From positions 1 to 40,763 of the forward strand of contig CAMTVD010000034.1 of the NCBI GenBank assembly GCA_947085095.1: DNA of 40,763 nucleotides, read 5' to 3'. Shown one piece after another: positions 1-11,177 of this stretch; the first letter of the stretch is position 1, and the number at the start of each line of letters is the position of its first letter. The notes under the pieces are model-generated. The model saw only the letters and a list, made by a program, of their open reading frames with translations. It was not told the origin of the DNA and did not search any database. This DNA comes from an uncultured Thermus sp. (GTDB taxonomy: Bacteria > Deinococcota > Deinococci > Deinococcales > Thermaceae). Position numbers and translations under genes: made by a program.

Positions 1-594
1 GCCGATGCGGTGATCTCCAAAAAGGCCAGCGAGCGCGTTGGACGGGTAGCCCTCAAGATAGCGGAAAGCCGGTCCAGGAAAACCCTCCACATCGCCCACA
101 AGGCCAACGTCCTCCCGGTAACCCAAGGGCTCTTCCTGGACACGGTGAAGGAGGCGGCCCGGGATTTCCCCTTGGTCAACGTGCAGGACATCATCGTGGA
201 TAACTGCGCCATGCAGCTCGTGATGCGTCCCGAGCGCTTTGACGTCATCGTCACCACCAATCTCCTGGGGGACATCCTCTCCGACCTCACCGCCGGGTTG
301 GTGGGAGGCCTAGGCCTCGCTCCTTCCGCCAACATCGGGGACACCACCGCCGTCTTTGAGCCGGTGCACGGCTCGGCCCCGGACATCGCCGGTAAGGGGA
401 TCGCCAACCCCACGGCCACCATCCTCTCCGCCGCCATGATGCTGGAATACCTGGGGGAGAAGGAGGCGGCCAAGAGGGTGGAGCAGGCGGTGGACCTGGT
501 CCTGGAAAAGGGCCCCCGCACCCCGGACCTGGGGGGCACCGCTACCACCGAGGCCTTCACCCAAAAGGTGGTGGAGGCTCTGCAAACTCTCTAA
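1..594 (+). CDS. Homoisocitrate dehydrogenase (isocitrate/isopropylmalate dehydrogenase family), 5'-truncated by window edge
   Basis: [23 protein letters not shown] and [19 protein letters not shown] motifs of beta-decarboxylating dehydrogenases; closely resembles Thermus HICDH; frame is open from position 1. Confidence 0.85.
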   Translation, partial: ADAVISKKASERVGRVALKIAESRSRKTLHIAHKANVLPVTQGLFLDTVKEAARDFPLVNVQDIIVDNCAMQLVMRPERFDVIVTTNLLGDILSDLTAGLVGGLGLAPSANIGDTTAVFEPVHGSAPDIAGKGIANPTATILSAAMMLEYLGEKEAAKRVEQAVDLVLEKGPRTPDLGGTATTEAFTQKVVEALQTL

Positions 595-602
595 ACCCTG
601 GG

Positions 603-642
603 AGACCCCCCCCTTTAGGCCTAGGGAGGGGGTCTGTCTTTG
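603..642 (+). terminator. Probable intrinsic terminator after dehydrogenase gene
   Basis: Hairpin agaccccc...gggggtct followed by gtcttt, just downstream of the stop at 594. Confidence 0.55.
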
Positions 643-710
643 CCTAAGGCTCCCGGGCCAACCCGGAACCGGGAGGACGGACTCCTCTCCCTCTTTCCGA
701 AGAAGCGGTA

Positions 711-773
711 TATACTGTAGCCAGGTTCGTTATGACCCAGGGCCCCGTTAGACCGCGCCAGGAATAAGGAGGT
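711..773 (+). promoter_or_regulatory. -10 box (TATACT 711-716) and Shine-Dalgarno (AAGGAGGT 766-773) of pil operon
   Basis: TANNNT hexamer in the intergenic gap; strong SD just before GTG 777. Confidence 0.5.
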
Positions 774-776
774 GCC

Positions 777-1910
777 GTGCTCTCAGGTTTTAGCAGGTTA
801 TTCAAACCCCGGGTAGAGGCCTTGGGGCTGGAGATCGGTGCCAGCAGCCTGAAGCTGGTGGAACTCTCCGGTTATCCCCCCTCCTTGAGGGCCCTGGCCA
901 CCCGCCCCGTGGCCCCGGGAACCCTGGTGGAGGGGGTGGTGGCGGAACCCGCCAGCCTGGCCCAGGAGATCCGGGAACTCCTGGCCGAGGCCCGCACAAG
1001 GAAGCGCTACGTGGTGAGCGCCATCCCCAACCCCAGCGTGATCCTGCGCACCCTTCAGGTGCCCAAGATGCCCCCCAAGGAGATGGAGGAGGCCGTGCGC
1101 TGGGAGGCGGAGCGCTACATCCCCTTCCCCATTGACGAGGTGGTCCTGGACTTCGCCCCCCTGGACCCCCTGGCGGAGGTGCCGGAAGGGGAGCAGGTGG
1201 AGGTCATGGTGGCCGCCGCCCGGCAGGAGGCGGTGGCCTCCCTCATAGAGGCCCTGCGGAGCGCAGGCCTCATCCCCGTGGTGCTGGACATCAAACCCTT
1301 CGCTGGCCTCTACCCCCTGGAAGCCGAGCTCACCAAGGACCCGGAGGCGGTGGCCGTGGCCGTGGAGATCGGGGCCGAGAGCACCAGCCTGGTCCTCACC
1401 AAGGGGGACCGCCCCTTGGCCGTGCGGGTCCTTCCCCTCTCGGGAAAGGACTTCACCGAGGCCATTGGCAAGAGCTTCGGCCTGGACTTCCTCACCGCCG
1501 AGGAGGTGAAGCGCACCTACGGCCTGGCCACCATCCCCACGGAAGACGAGGACCTCCTCCTGGACTTTGACGTGGAGCGGGAGCGCTACAGCCCCGCCCG
1601 CATTTACGATGCCATCCGCCCCGTCCTGGTGGAACTCACCCAGGAGATCCGCAGGAGCCTGGAGTTTTTCCGGGTACAGCTGGGGGAGGTGCAGCCGGAG
1701 GTGGGCTACCTGTACGGCGGGGGAAGCCGCCTCAGGGGCCTCGCCACCCTCCTCACCGACACCCTGGGGGTGAACTTCGCCACTCCTGACCCGTGGCAGG
1801 GGATCCAGGTGGACCCCAGGCGCTTTGACCTGGAAAAGCTCAGGGAGATGGGCCCTGAACTCCTGGTGCCCGTGGGCCTGGCCCTAAGGGGGGTGAGTCC
1901 CCTTGATTAG
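777..1910 (+). CDS. pilM: Type IV pilus/competence ATP-binding protein PilM
   Basis: Actin/FtsA-like GLEIGASSLKLVEL, EAERYIPF, EIRRSLEFF, GGGSRLRGL motifs; first gene of pilMNOWQ. Confidence 0.95.
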   Translation: MLSGFSRLFKPRVEALGLEIGASSLKLVELSGYPPSLRALATRPVAPGTLVEGVVAEPASLAQEIRELLAEARTRKRYVVSAIPNPSVILRTLQVPKMPPKEMEEAVRWEAERYIPFPIDEVVLDFAPLDPLAEVPEGEQVEVMVAAARQEAVASLIEALRSAGLIPVVLDIKPFAGLYPLEAELTKDPEAVAVAVEIGAESTSLVLTKGDRPLAVRVLPLSGKDFTEAIGKSFGLDFLTAEEVKRTYGLATIPTEDEDLLLDFDVERERYSPARIYDAIRPVLVELTQEIRRSLEFFRVQLGEVQPEVGYLYGGGSRLRGLATLLTDTLGVNFATPDPWQGIQVDPRRFDLEKLREMGPELLVPVGLALRGVSPLD

Positions 1911-2523
1911 GCTCAACCTCCTCCCCAAAAACCTCCGCCGCCGGGTGGAGCCCGGCTGGTGGCGGCTTTCCGCCCTCCTCTTCGCCCTGGTGGTCCTGGG
2001 TACCCTGGGGATCCTTCACTACACCGCTTACACGGAACTCTCCCTGGCCAAGGGGGAGCGGGATGCCCTGAGGGCGGAGGTGGAGGCCCTAAAACCCTTT
2101 ATTCAGGAGCAAGACCGACTGCAGCAAGAAAGGAGGGCCCTCGAGGCCCTCCTCGCCATCCGCGAGGGCCTGCGCAAGGGCTTCGTCCCCTGGTCGGAGT
2201 ACCTGGCCGCCTTCATCGGGCAGATCCCCCGGGAGGGCGGGCGCTTCCCCGTGGCCTTGCGCTCCGTGAGCACCCGGGCCTTCTCCGAGGAAGAGGCGGC
2301 CCAGCAGGCCCAGGGAGGGGCCTTTGACGGGAAGAAGGTGCGGGTGGAGTTCAACGTCCAAGGAGAGGCCCTGAACCAGAACGCCCTGGTGCGCTTCGTC
2401 CAGGCCTTTGAAACCTCCCCTCGGTTCGGCATAGAGTTTCAGGGGGCTTCCCTGGACGAAAGGGGGCTTTACACCTTTAGCGCCCGCATCGGCGCAGTAG
2501 GGGGTGAGCAAGGTGCTCGCTAG
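1903..2523 (+). CDS. pilN: Type IV pilus assembly protein PilN
   Basis: N-terminal LNLLP PilM-binding motif, one TM helix, coiled coil; overlaps pilM stop. Confidence 0.92.
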   Translation: MIRLNLLPKNLRRRVEPGWWRLSALLFALVVLGTLGILHYTAYTELSLAKGERDALRAEVEALKPFIQEQDRLQQERRALEALLAIREGLRKGFVPWSEYLAAFIGQIPREGGRFPVALRSVSTRAFSEEEAAQQAQGGAFDGKKVRVEFNVQGEALNQNALVRFVQAFETSPRFGIEFQGASLDERGLYTFSARIGAVGGEQGAR

Positions 2524-3094
2524 ACTGGGACAGCGGGAGTGGGCCTTGATCGCCATGGTCCTCACCCTACTGGTGGCCCTCCTCTGGTACTTTCTCCTCA
2601 TCGTCCCCCTGCAACAGGAGACCGCCCTGGTGCGCCAGGAGATACAAAGCCTCATCCCCGAGCGGGACAAGGGCCGCCGGGCGCAGAGGGCCCTGCCCGA
2701 ACTCCGGGCGGCCATCGCCACCCTGCAGGCGGAAAGGCAGGCCTTCCTTAGGGCCCTCCCCCGGGAGGAGCGCCTATCCCAGGTGCTCTCGGAGATCCTG
2801 GGTGAGGCCAATCGGAGCGGGGTGGTGGTGCGTTCCTTCACCCGCTCCCCCACCTCGGCCCCGGTGCCGGAGGTGCGGGCGGTCAACCTGGCCCTCTCCC
2901 TGGAAGGCCCCTTCCCGGAAACCTTCGCCTACCTGAGGCGGCTGGAAGGCCTCTCCCGCTTCAGCTCCCTCTCCGGCCTCAACCTGAGCGTGCAGAGCCA
3001 GGAGCTCAACCCCAGGCTCTCCACCAGCCTGACCCTCACCCTCTACATGCTGGCCAAGGACCTGGAAGCCCAGGCCCAAGGAGGTGAGCGGTGA
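2513..3094 (+). CDS. pilO: Type IV pilus assembly protein PilO
   Basis: TM helix + coiled coil + LP...L..LL..I domain; operon position; GTG 2513 preferred (SD GGGGGTGA upstream). Confidence 0.9.
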   Translation: MLARLGQREWALIAMVLTLLVALLWYFLLIVPLQQETALVRQEIQSLIPERDKGRRAQRALPELRAAIATLQAERQAFLRALPREERLSQVLSEILGEANRSGVVVRSFTRSPTSAPVPEVRAVNLALSLEGPFPETFAYLRRLEGLSRFSSLSGLNLSVQSQELNPRLSTSLTLTLYMLAKDLEAQAQGGER

Positions 3095-4044
3095 AAGAAG
3101 CTTTGGCCCGTCTGAGCGCCGCCTGGGCCAACCTCCCTCAGTCCACCAAGCTCCTCCTGGCGGGGCTTCTTTTGGTTTCCGCCGTGAGCCTGTGGTACGT
3201 GGGCTTCTACCTGCCCGCCCAGGTCCCCGCTACCGGGGCGCCAGTACCCCCCCCGGCCGCCCAGGAAACCCCCCAGGCCCTCGAGGCCCCCCCCATCCCC
3301 CCCTTGAGCGAACCCACCCAGCCGCAAAAGGTGGAACCCGCTCCCCCGAAAGAGGCAACCCCTGCCCCAGCGCCTCAAGCCCAACCCGCCCCCCTCCCCC
3401 TGCCCCAGGCCAGGCAGGAGGGCCCGCCCCCCAACCCCTTCGTTCCCCTCTTCGTGGCGGTAGAGGGGGCCCCGGAAGCCCCTCCCGCGCCCTTACCCAC
3501 GCCCGCCGTCCGCCCCACCCCCGTCCCCCCAGGGGCCCCGGTGCGGGTGAGCCCAGGAACCCCCTTGGCCACCCCCAGCCTTCCCACCGCCCCCAGGCCC
3601 CTTCCCGGCACCGCCGGGGCCCTGCCAGCCCCCAAGGTCCTACGGCCCGCCCCCAAGGCGGAGGTGCCCCAGGCCCGGGTGGAACCCCCCGTGGAAGTGG
3701 CCCCACCCCCGGGGTTGGTGGAAGTCCCTTTACCCGCAGCGCAGGTAGATGAGGGGGCTCCTGCCCCGGAGGCCCCTCCCGTCATCCCCCCTCCGCCCCC
3801 CAAAAGTCCTCTGGCTGCCCTGGTGGAGGAAAAGGGGCTTAGGCTTTCCGGCACCCTCCTGGGGCCGGTTAGCGTGGCCATTCTGGAGAGCAAGGAAGGC
3901 TACCTGGTCCTCCCGGTGGGGAGCCCCATCCCGGGAAGCGAGGCGGTTATCCGGCGCATAGAAGGCGACCGCGTGGTGCTTTTCCTGAAAGAGGAAACCC
4001 TAGAGATTCCCCTAGCAGACTCCCAAGCAGGAGGTGAACGGTGA
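3091..4044 (+). CDS. pilW: Pro-rich competence protein PilW (Thermus/Deinococcus type, occupies the PilP position)
   Basis: N-terminal TM, long Pro/Ala-rich linker with PNPFVPL motif, C-terminal small beta domain; lies between pilO and pilQ. Confidence 0.85.
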   Translation: MKEALARLSAAWANLPQSTKLLLAGLLLVSAVSLWYVGFYLPAQVPATGAPVPPPAAQETPQALEAPPIPPLSEPTQPQKVEPAPPKEATPAPAPQAQPAPLPLPQARQEGPPPNPFVPLFVAVEGAPEAPPAPLPTPAVRPTPVPPGAPVRVSPGTPLATPSLPTAPRPLPGTAGALPAPKVLRPAPKAEVPQARVEPPVEVAPPPGLVEVPLPAAQVDEGAPAPEAPPVIPPPPPKSPLAALVEEKGLRLSGTLLGPVSVAILESKEGYLVLPVGSPIPGSEAVIRRIEGDRVVLFLKEETLEIPLADSQAGGER

Positions 4045-6314
4045 AAAGAAGTCTTATGAAGCCCCTTATCCTGGCCCTCGCCGCCCTGGGCACGGGTGCC
4101 CTGGCCGGGAGCTTTCCAGACGAACCCCGCTTCCAGGCCAAGGTGGAGCTGAAGGTCTCGGAAAGCCAGGTAAGGGCCGGGCTCACCCTGCCCCTGGACG
4201 TGGTCCTGGAAGCCCTGGCCAGGAGCGTGGGCCTCCAGCCCCTCATCTACCGGGCCTACGACCCCTCGGGAGACCCCGCCAAGGCCCAGCCCCCCCTACC
4301 CAACGTGAGGCTGGACTTCCAGGGCAGGCCCTTCCGGGAGGTGTGGGACCTCCTCTTCGCCACCTACGGGACCCAGTTCGGGTTGGGCTACCTCTTCCTG
4401 CCCCCCGATGTGGTGGTGGTGGCGCCTACCCAGGTGATCACCGCCCTGGTGGATGCCCCAAGCCGCGTGGGGGCGGCGGAGAGGCGGCCCTACATCGTGG
4501 GCATCCCCGAGATCGCCTACCGGCGCACGGAAACCGACGCCCAGGGGCAGGCCCGCACCGTGGTCAACATAGACGGGGCCAAGGCCTGGGTGCAGAACGA
4601 CCTCCTCCCCTTCCTCTCCCGGGAGGCGGCGGGGATGGGCGTGAACTGGATCGTGGTGGAGGAGGGGGGCAGGCTCAAGGCCATCCTCTCCGTCCTGGCC
4701 ACCCCCGAGCAGCACACCCGCTTCTCCGACCTCCTGAGGCGGGCGGGCATAGACTTCCGGCCCCTTCCCGCTTTGGCCGAGCCCAAACCCCGGGTGGAGA
4801 GGACCCACGCCCTCACCCACGCCACCTTCCCCGAGCTTCTCGCCTTCCTCCAGGCCCGCTTGCCTGGGGTCCAGGTGAGCGTGGTGCCCACGGACCCCAA
4901 GAGGGCCATCGTCCTGGCCACGGAGGAGGACCACGCCCGCCTGGCGGAGCTCCTCAAGGCCGCCGACATCCCCAAGACCCTGCGCCGGGTCTACGCCCTG
5001 CAGAACCTCACCTTTGAAGAGGCCAGGGCCCGCCTCCAGCCCCTTTTGGAAAAGGAGCTCAAGGGGGCCCGCCTGGAAAGCATCCCCGGAAACGCTCAGG
5101 CCCTCCTCCTGGAGGCCACCGAGGCCGACCACGCCCTCTTCGCCGAACTCCTCAAGTCCGCCGACGTGGCCACCCCACCGCCCCCACCCCGAGAGGAGGC
5201 CACCCTCCGCCGCCTCTACCCCTTGCGCTTCGCCGACGCCGAGAAGGTGGCCCCCTTCCTGGCCCGGGAGGTGCCGGGGATCGTGGTGCAGACGGTGCCC
5301 GGACAACCCCTCCTCTCCGTGCGGGGCACGCAAAGACAGCTGGCCGAGGTGGAAAGCCTCCTCGCCCAGATTGACCAAGCCCCAAAGCAGGGCCTCCCGG
5401 TCTTCCAGCGCTCCTACCAACTCTCCAACGCCAAGGCCAGCGAGCTGGCCAAGGTGTTGCAGGAGGCCCTGCAGGCGCAAAGGCCTGGGGTCCAGGAGGG
5501 GCAGACCCCGGCGCAACCCCAGGCCCGCCAGGCCACCGTGGTGGCCGACGAGCGCACCAACACCCTGATCGTCACCGGCACCGCCGAGGACCTGGCCCTG
5601 GTGGAGAGCCTCATCCCCAAACTGGACCAGGCGGTGCCCCAGGTGAACCTCAGGGTGCGCATCCAGGAGGTCCAGTCCAACCTCACCCGCAACCTGGGCC
5701 TCAAGTGGAACACCATCGCCGGGGGGAACCTGGTGGCCAGCATCCTGGACTCGGGGCTCTCCCTGATCTTTGACTCCACCAGGAGCCTCGCCGCCCTGAA
5801 CATCGTGGCCACCCTGGATGCCCTCCAGCGCCAGGGGCTTTCCCGGGCCCTTAGGGACGTGAACCAGACCGTCCTCAACAACCAGACCGCCCGCCTCCAG
5901 TCCGGGGAGACCTTCCTCATCCGCCGGGTGGTGGGGGACCGGGTGGAGCGGGTCCCCTTTGACATCGGCATCATCGTGGAGGTCACCCCCCAGATCACCG
6001 CCGACGGGCAGATCCTCCTCAACATCAAGGCCGAGGTTTCCGGCAACGTCCAGCGCAACCCCGTGGACGGGGACGTGGACCGCTTCACCAAGCAGGTGGT
6101 GACCACCACCTTAAGGGTGCGGGACGGCCAGACCGTGGTCCTGGGGGGCCTCACCTCCCAGGAGAACACCCAGACCCAGCAGGGGGTGCCCCTCCTCATG
6201 GACATCCCCCTGATCGGGGAGCTCTTCAAGCAACGCACCAACGAGACCACCGACCGGGAGCTTCTGGTGGTCATCACCGCCGACATCCTGAAGGAAACCG
6301 CAACCAGGCCCTGA
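4041..6314 (+). CDS. pilQ: Secretin PilQ (DNA translocator/type IV pilus)
   Basis: Signal peptide, repeated N domains, ADERTNTLIV, C-terminal secretin domain GQTVVLGGL...VPLLMDIPLIGELFK. Confidence 0.95.
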   Translation: MKRSLMKPLILALAALGTGALAGSFPDEPRFQAKVELKVSESQVRAGLTLPLDVVLEALARSVGLQPLIYRAYDPSGDPAKAQPPLPNVRLDFQGRPFREVWDLLFATYGTQFGLGYLFLPPDVVVVAPTQVITALVDAPSRVGAAERRPYIVGIPEIAYRRTETDAQGQARTVVNIDGAKAWVQNDLLPFLSREAAGMGVNWIVVEEGGRLKAILSVLATPEQHTRFSDLLRRAGIDFRPLPALAEPKPRVERTHALTHATFPELLAFLQARLPGVQVSVVPTDPKRAIVLATEEDHARLAELLKAADIPKTLRRVYALQNLTFEEARARLQPLLEKELKGARLESIPGNAQALLLEATEADHALFAELLKSADVATPPPPPREEATLRRLYPLRFADAEKVAPFLAREVPGIVVQTVPGQPLLSVRGTQRQLAEVESLLAQIDQAPKQGLPVFQRSYQLSNAKASELAKVLQEALQAQRPGVQEGQTPAQPQARQATVVADERTNTLIVTGTAEDLALVESLIPKLDQAVPQVNLRVRIQEVQSNLTRNLGLKWNTIAGGNLVASILDSGLSLIFDSTRSLAALNIVATLDALQRQGLSRALRDVNQTVLNNQTARLQSGETFLIRRVVGDRVERVPFDIGIIVEVTPQITADGQILLNIKAEVSGNVQRNPVDGDVDRFTKQVVTTTLRVRDGQTVVLGGLTSQENTQTQQGVPLLMDIPLIGELFKQRTNETTDRELLVVITADILKETATRP

Positions 6315-6332
6315 GCTGGGCCCGGGCGAGGG

Positions 6333-6362
6333 GGCCGGGGGTGGTCTTACCCCGGCCTCTTC
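6333..6362 (+). terminator. Hairpin after pilQ (possible terminator)
   Basis: ggccgggg...ccccggcc stem followed by tctt. Confidence 0.35.
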
Positions 6363-6376
6363 CCTACAATGTCCCC

Positions 6377-7528
6377 ATGAGGTTCCTCACCGCAGGCGAG
6401 TCCCACGGCCCCGAGCTCCTCGCCATCATTGAGGGGCTGCCCGCCGGGCTTCCCCTCACCGAGGAGGACATCAACCCCTGGCTGGAAAAGAGGCAGGGGG
6501 GCTACGGCCGGGGGCGGCGCATGGTCATAGAGAAGGACCGGGTGGAGTTCCGCGCCGGGGTGAGGGCCGGGCGCACCACCGGGGCCCCGGTGGCCCTGGC
6601 CATAAGGAACGCCGACTTCAAGAACTGGACGGAGATCATGGACCCCGCCCCCGGGAACGAGCCCCGCAAAAGGGCCCTCACCGCCCCCCGTCCCGGGCAT
6701 GCCGACCTTCCCGGGGGCCTCAAGTACGGGCACAAGGACCTGAGGGACGTGCTGGAGAGGGCCAGCGCCCGGGAGACCGCCATGCGGGTGGCCGTGGGGG
6801 CGGTGGCCCTGAAGCTCCTCGGCCTCCTGGGGGTGGAGGGGGCGGGGTACGTGCCGGGGATGGCCGGGGTGTGGAGCCAGGTCCCCTTCTCCTGGGACCT
6901 CCTGCCCCGGATTGAGGAAAGCCCCCTAAGGATGACCGACCCCGAGGCGGAGGCCGAGGTGATCCGCCGCATAGACCAGGCCAGGGCCGAGGGGGACACC
7001 CTGGGGGGGGTCCTCGAGGCCCGCTTCCGGGGCCTGGTGCCGGGCCTGGGGAGCCATGTGCACTGGGACCGGAAGCTGGACGGGCGGCTGGCCCAGATGG
7101 CCATGTCCATCCCTGCGGTCAAGGGAGTGGAGATCGGCCCGGCCTTTGAGAACGCCATGAAGCGGGGCTCCGAGGTCCACGACCCCATCTACTGGAGCCC
7201 GGAGAGGGGGTTTTACCGCCAGACCAACCGGGCCGGGGGGCTGGAGGGGGGGATGACCACCGGGGAGGAGCTGGTCATCCGGGCCGCCCTGAAGCCCATC
7301 GCCACCCTGATGCGGCCCCTCCCCACCGTGGACGTGGTGAGCCACGAGCCCGCTGACGCCGCCCGGGAGCGAAGCGACACCACGGCGGTTCCCGCCGCCA
7401 GCGTGATCCTCTTGGCCCTTTCCGCCATCGTCCTGGCCCAGGCCTACCTGGAGAAGTTCGGGGGGGACACCCTCGAGGAGCTCCAGGAACGGGTGGCCCG
7501 CTACAAGGAGCGGGTGCGCACCTACTGA
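6377..7528 (+). CDS. aroC: Chorismate synthase
   Basis: MRFLTAGESHG, RPGHAD, RASARETA, AGGLEGGMTTG, KPIATL, ERSD motifs; ATG 6377 lies 6 nt after TACAAT. Confidence 0.97.
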   Translation: MRFLTAGESHGPELLAIIEGLPAGLPLTEEDINPWLEKRQGGYGRGRRMVIEKDRVEFRAGVRAGRTTGAPVALAIRNADFKNWTEIMDPAPGNEPRKRALTAPRPGHADLPGGLKYGHKDLRDVLERASARETAMRVAVGAVALKLLGLLGVEGAGYVPGMAGVWSQVPFSWDLLPRIEESPLRMTDPEAEAEVIRRIDQARAEGDTLGGVLEARFRGLVPGLGSHVHWDRKLDGRLAQMAMSIPAVKGVEIGPAFENAMKRGSEVHDPIYWSPERGFYRQTNRAGGLEGGMTTGEELVIRAALKPIATLMRPLPTVDVVSHEPADAARERSDTTAVPAASVILLALSAIVLAQAYLEKFGGDTLEELQERVARYKERVRTY

Positions 7529-7545
7529 AGGCGTAGGATAACCCT

Positions 7546-8100
7546 GTGGCCCGCATAGAGGTGCCCCGCCCCGCCACCTTCGTGAGCCTCACCGGCTTCA
7601 TGGGGGTGGGAAAAAGCCGCATCGGCCGGGAACTGGCCCGGGCCCTCCTCCTCCACTTCATTGACCTGGACCGCTACATTGAGCGCTACACGGGGATCTC
7701 CATCCCCGACATCTTCCGCCACCTGGGGGAGGAGGCCTTCCGCAGGATGGAAAAGGAGGCGGTGGGGGAGCTCATCAGGAAGGACTACCTGGTCCTCTCC
7801 CTGGGCGGGGGCACCTTCCTGGACCCGGAAAACCGAAAGGCCCTCCTTTCCAGGGGACCGGTGGTGGCCCTCTGGGCGAGCCCCGAGACCATCCTGGAAA
7901 GGGCCACGAGGAAGCCGGGGGAGAGACCCCTTCTGCAGGTGGAAAACCCCCTGGAGCGCATCCGGTCCCTCCTCCAGGCCCGCACCCCCATCTATCAGGA
8001 GGCCCACATCCACGTCTCCACCGACGGGAGGCGGGTGGAGGAGGTGGTGGAGGAGATCGTGACCAAGCTTTGGGCGTATGCGAAGGATAGAGGTCCGTAA
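7546..8100 (+). CDS. aroK: Shikimate kinase
   Basis: GFMGVGKS P-loop, DLD, GEEAFRRME, SLGGG, RPLL. Confidence 0.96.
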   Translation: MARIEVPRPATFVSLTGFMGVGKSRIGRELARALLLHFIDLDRYIERYTGISIPDIFRHLGEEAFRRMEKEAVGELIRKDYLVLSLGGGTFLDPENRKALLSRGPVVALWASPETILERATRKPGERPLLQVENPLERIRSLLQARTPIYQEAHIHVSTDGRRVEEVVEEIVTKLWAYAKDRGP

Positions 8101-9133
8101 ACCCTCCCCCTACCCCATCGTCATCGGGGAGGGGGTGCTGAAGGAGGTCCCCCCGCCCCAGGGCCCCACCGCCCTCCTCTACGACCAAAACGTGGCGGGT
8201 TTCGCCCAAAAGGTGGCGGAGGCCCTGGGGGTGCCCCACCTCCTCGGCCTCAGGGGGGGCGAGGGGGCCAAGACCCTGGAGGTCTACGGAAAGGTGCTCT
8301 CCTGGCTGGCCCAAAGGGGGCTTCCCCGGAACACCACCCTCCTCGTGGTGGGGGGCGGGACCCTCACCGACCTGGGGGGGTTCGTGGCCGCCACCTACCT
8401 GCGGGGCATCCCCTACCTGGCCTTCCCCACCACCACCCTGGCCGTGGTGGACGCCAGCGTGGGGGGCAAGACGGGGATCAACCTCCCCGAGGGGAAGAAC
8501 CTGGTGGGGGCCTTCCACTTCCCTAAAGGGGTCTACGCCGAGCTTGGGGCCCTCAGGACCCTCTCCCCCTTCACCTTCAAAGAGGGCCTGGTGGAGGCCT
8601 TCAAGCACGGGCTCATCGCCGGGGACAGGGCCCTTCTCCAGGTGGAGGGCCTTTCCCCGGAACACCCCTCCCTGGCGGACTACCTGGCCCGGGCGGTGGC
8701 GGTGAAGGTGGCCGTCACCGAGGAGGACCCCCTGGAAAAGGGGAAGAGGCGGCTTCTCAACCTGGGCCACACCCTGGGGCACGCCCTCGAGGCCCATAGC
8801 CACCACGCCCTCCCCCACGGGGCCGCCGTGGCCTACGGCCTCCTCTACGCCGCCCTTCTGGGAAGGGCCCTGGGCGGGGAGAACCTCGTGCCCCTGGTAA
8901 GGCGCCTCCTCCACTGGCTCTCCCCTCCCAGGCTCCCTCCCCTCACCTGGGAAGACCTCCTCCCCTACCTCCTCCGGGACAAGAAGAAGGTCTCGGAAAG
9001 CCTCCACTGGGTGGTCCCCCTGGCCCTGGGCCGCCTCGAGGTCCGCCCCCTGCCCGAGGCGCTCCTTCAGGAGGCCTTCGCCCTCTGGCAGGGGGAGCTG
9101 GCCCGCCTTGCGCTCCTTGGCTCCGAGGGTTAG
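8078..9133 (+). CDS. aroB: 3-dehydroquinate synthase
   Basis: GGGTLTDLGGFVAATYLRG, PTTTLAVVDASVGGKTGIN, LNLGHTLGHALE, HGAAVA. Confidence 0.96.
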   Translation: MRRIEVRKPSPYPIVIGEGVLKEVPPPQGPTALLYDQNVAGFAQKVAEALGVPHLLGLRGGEGAKTLEVYGKVLSWLAQRGLPRNTTLLVVGGGTLTDLGGFVAATYLRGIPYLAFPTTTLAVVDASVGGKTGINLPEGKNLVGAFHFPKGVYAELGALRTLSPFTFKEGLVEAFKHGLIAGDRALLQVEGLSPEHPSLADYLARAVAVKVAVTEEDPLEKGKRRLLNLGHTLGHALEAHSHHALPHGAAVAYGLLYAALLGRALGGENLVPLVRRLLHWLSPPRLPPLTWEDLLPYLLRDKKKVSESLHWVVPLALGRLEVRPLPEALLQEAFALWQGELARLALLGSEG

Positions 9134-9136
9134 CCT
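9108..9136 (+). promoter_or_regulatory. sigma70-type promoter of TA operon (TTGCGC-N17-TAGCCT)
   Basis: -35 at 9108-9113, -10 at 9131-9136, 6 nt before ATG 9143. Confidence 0.45.
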
Positions 9137-9142
9137 GGAGGT

Positions 9143-9373
9143 ATGCGCACTGTAAGCCTTTCCGAGGCCAAAGCCCGCCTCTCGGAACTGCTGGCGGCCG
9201 TGGAACGGGGCGAGGAAGTGGTCATCACCCGGCACGGCCGCCCTTGGGCCCGCCTGGCTCCGGTGGGAGAAACCGTTCGCCTAGGAACTTTTCGGAGCCT
9301 GGGTCCCTTGGACTGGGAGGCCTTCAACGCCCCTCTCCCCGAGGAGGAGCTTTCCGCATGGGGCGGGAACTAA
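9143..9373 (+). CDS. Phd/YefM-family antitoxin
   Basis: VSLSEAKARLSELLAAVERGEEVVITRHGRPWARL is the Phd/YefM signature. Confidence 0.92.
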   Translation: MRTVSLSEAKARLSELLAAVERGEEVVITRHGRPWARLAPVGETVRLGTFRSLGPLDWEAFNAPLPEEELSAWGGN

Positions 9374-9756
9374 AGCTGCTTCTGGACACCCATGCCCTCC
9401 TTTACGCCCTCGTAGAACCCGAACGCCTTTCTCCTCAGGCCAGGGAGCTCCTCCTTAATCCGAGAAACCAGCGTTTGGTAAGCGTAGCCTCCTTGTGGGA
9501 AATCGCCATCAAGCACCAGCTGGGCCGCTTACCCCAAGGGGGTCTCATATTGGCAGGCTATTCAGGATGGCTCCAGGACCTCAGAGCTCAGGAACTCCCG
9601 ATCCTCGGGCCCCACGCCATCCTAGCCCCTCGTCTCCCTGGCGCCCACCGGGACCCCTTTGATCGCATGCTGGCAGCCCAAAGCCTTTTGGAAGGGGCCC
9701 TTCTACTCTCCCACGACCCCGCCTTGAAAGCCCTGGGCGCCGATACCTTCTGGTAG
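9358..9756 (+). CDS. vapC: VapC-type PIN-domain toxin
   Basis: LLLDTHALL, SVASLWEIAIK, HRDPFDRMLAAQ, LLSHD; ATG 9358 preceded by GAGGAGGAG. Confidence 0.92.
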   Translation: MGRELKLLLDTHALLYALVEPERLSPQARELLLNPRNQRLVSVASLWEIAIKHQLGRLPQGGLILAGYSGWLQDLRAQELPILGPHAILAPRLPGAHRDPFDRMLAAQSLLEGALLLSHDPALKALGADTFW

Positions 9757-9757
9757 C

Positions 9758-11134
<1,377 letters not shown>

Positions 11135-11177
11135 TTAGCACGGCAAAGGAAGGGCCCTCAAGGGCTAGGATGGGGGC

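Noticed and set aside
3220..3810. C-rich low-complexity tract resembling a repeat array
   Set aside because: Explained by Pro/Ala codons of the PilW linker; no fixed repeat unit or spacers
3073..4044. Identical GGER C-termini of PilO and PilW as a protein motif
   Set aside because: By-product of the GGAGGTGA SD plus GTGA start/stop overlap used for translational coupling
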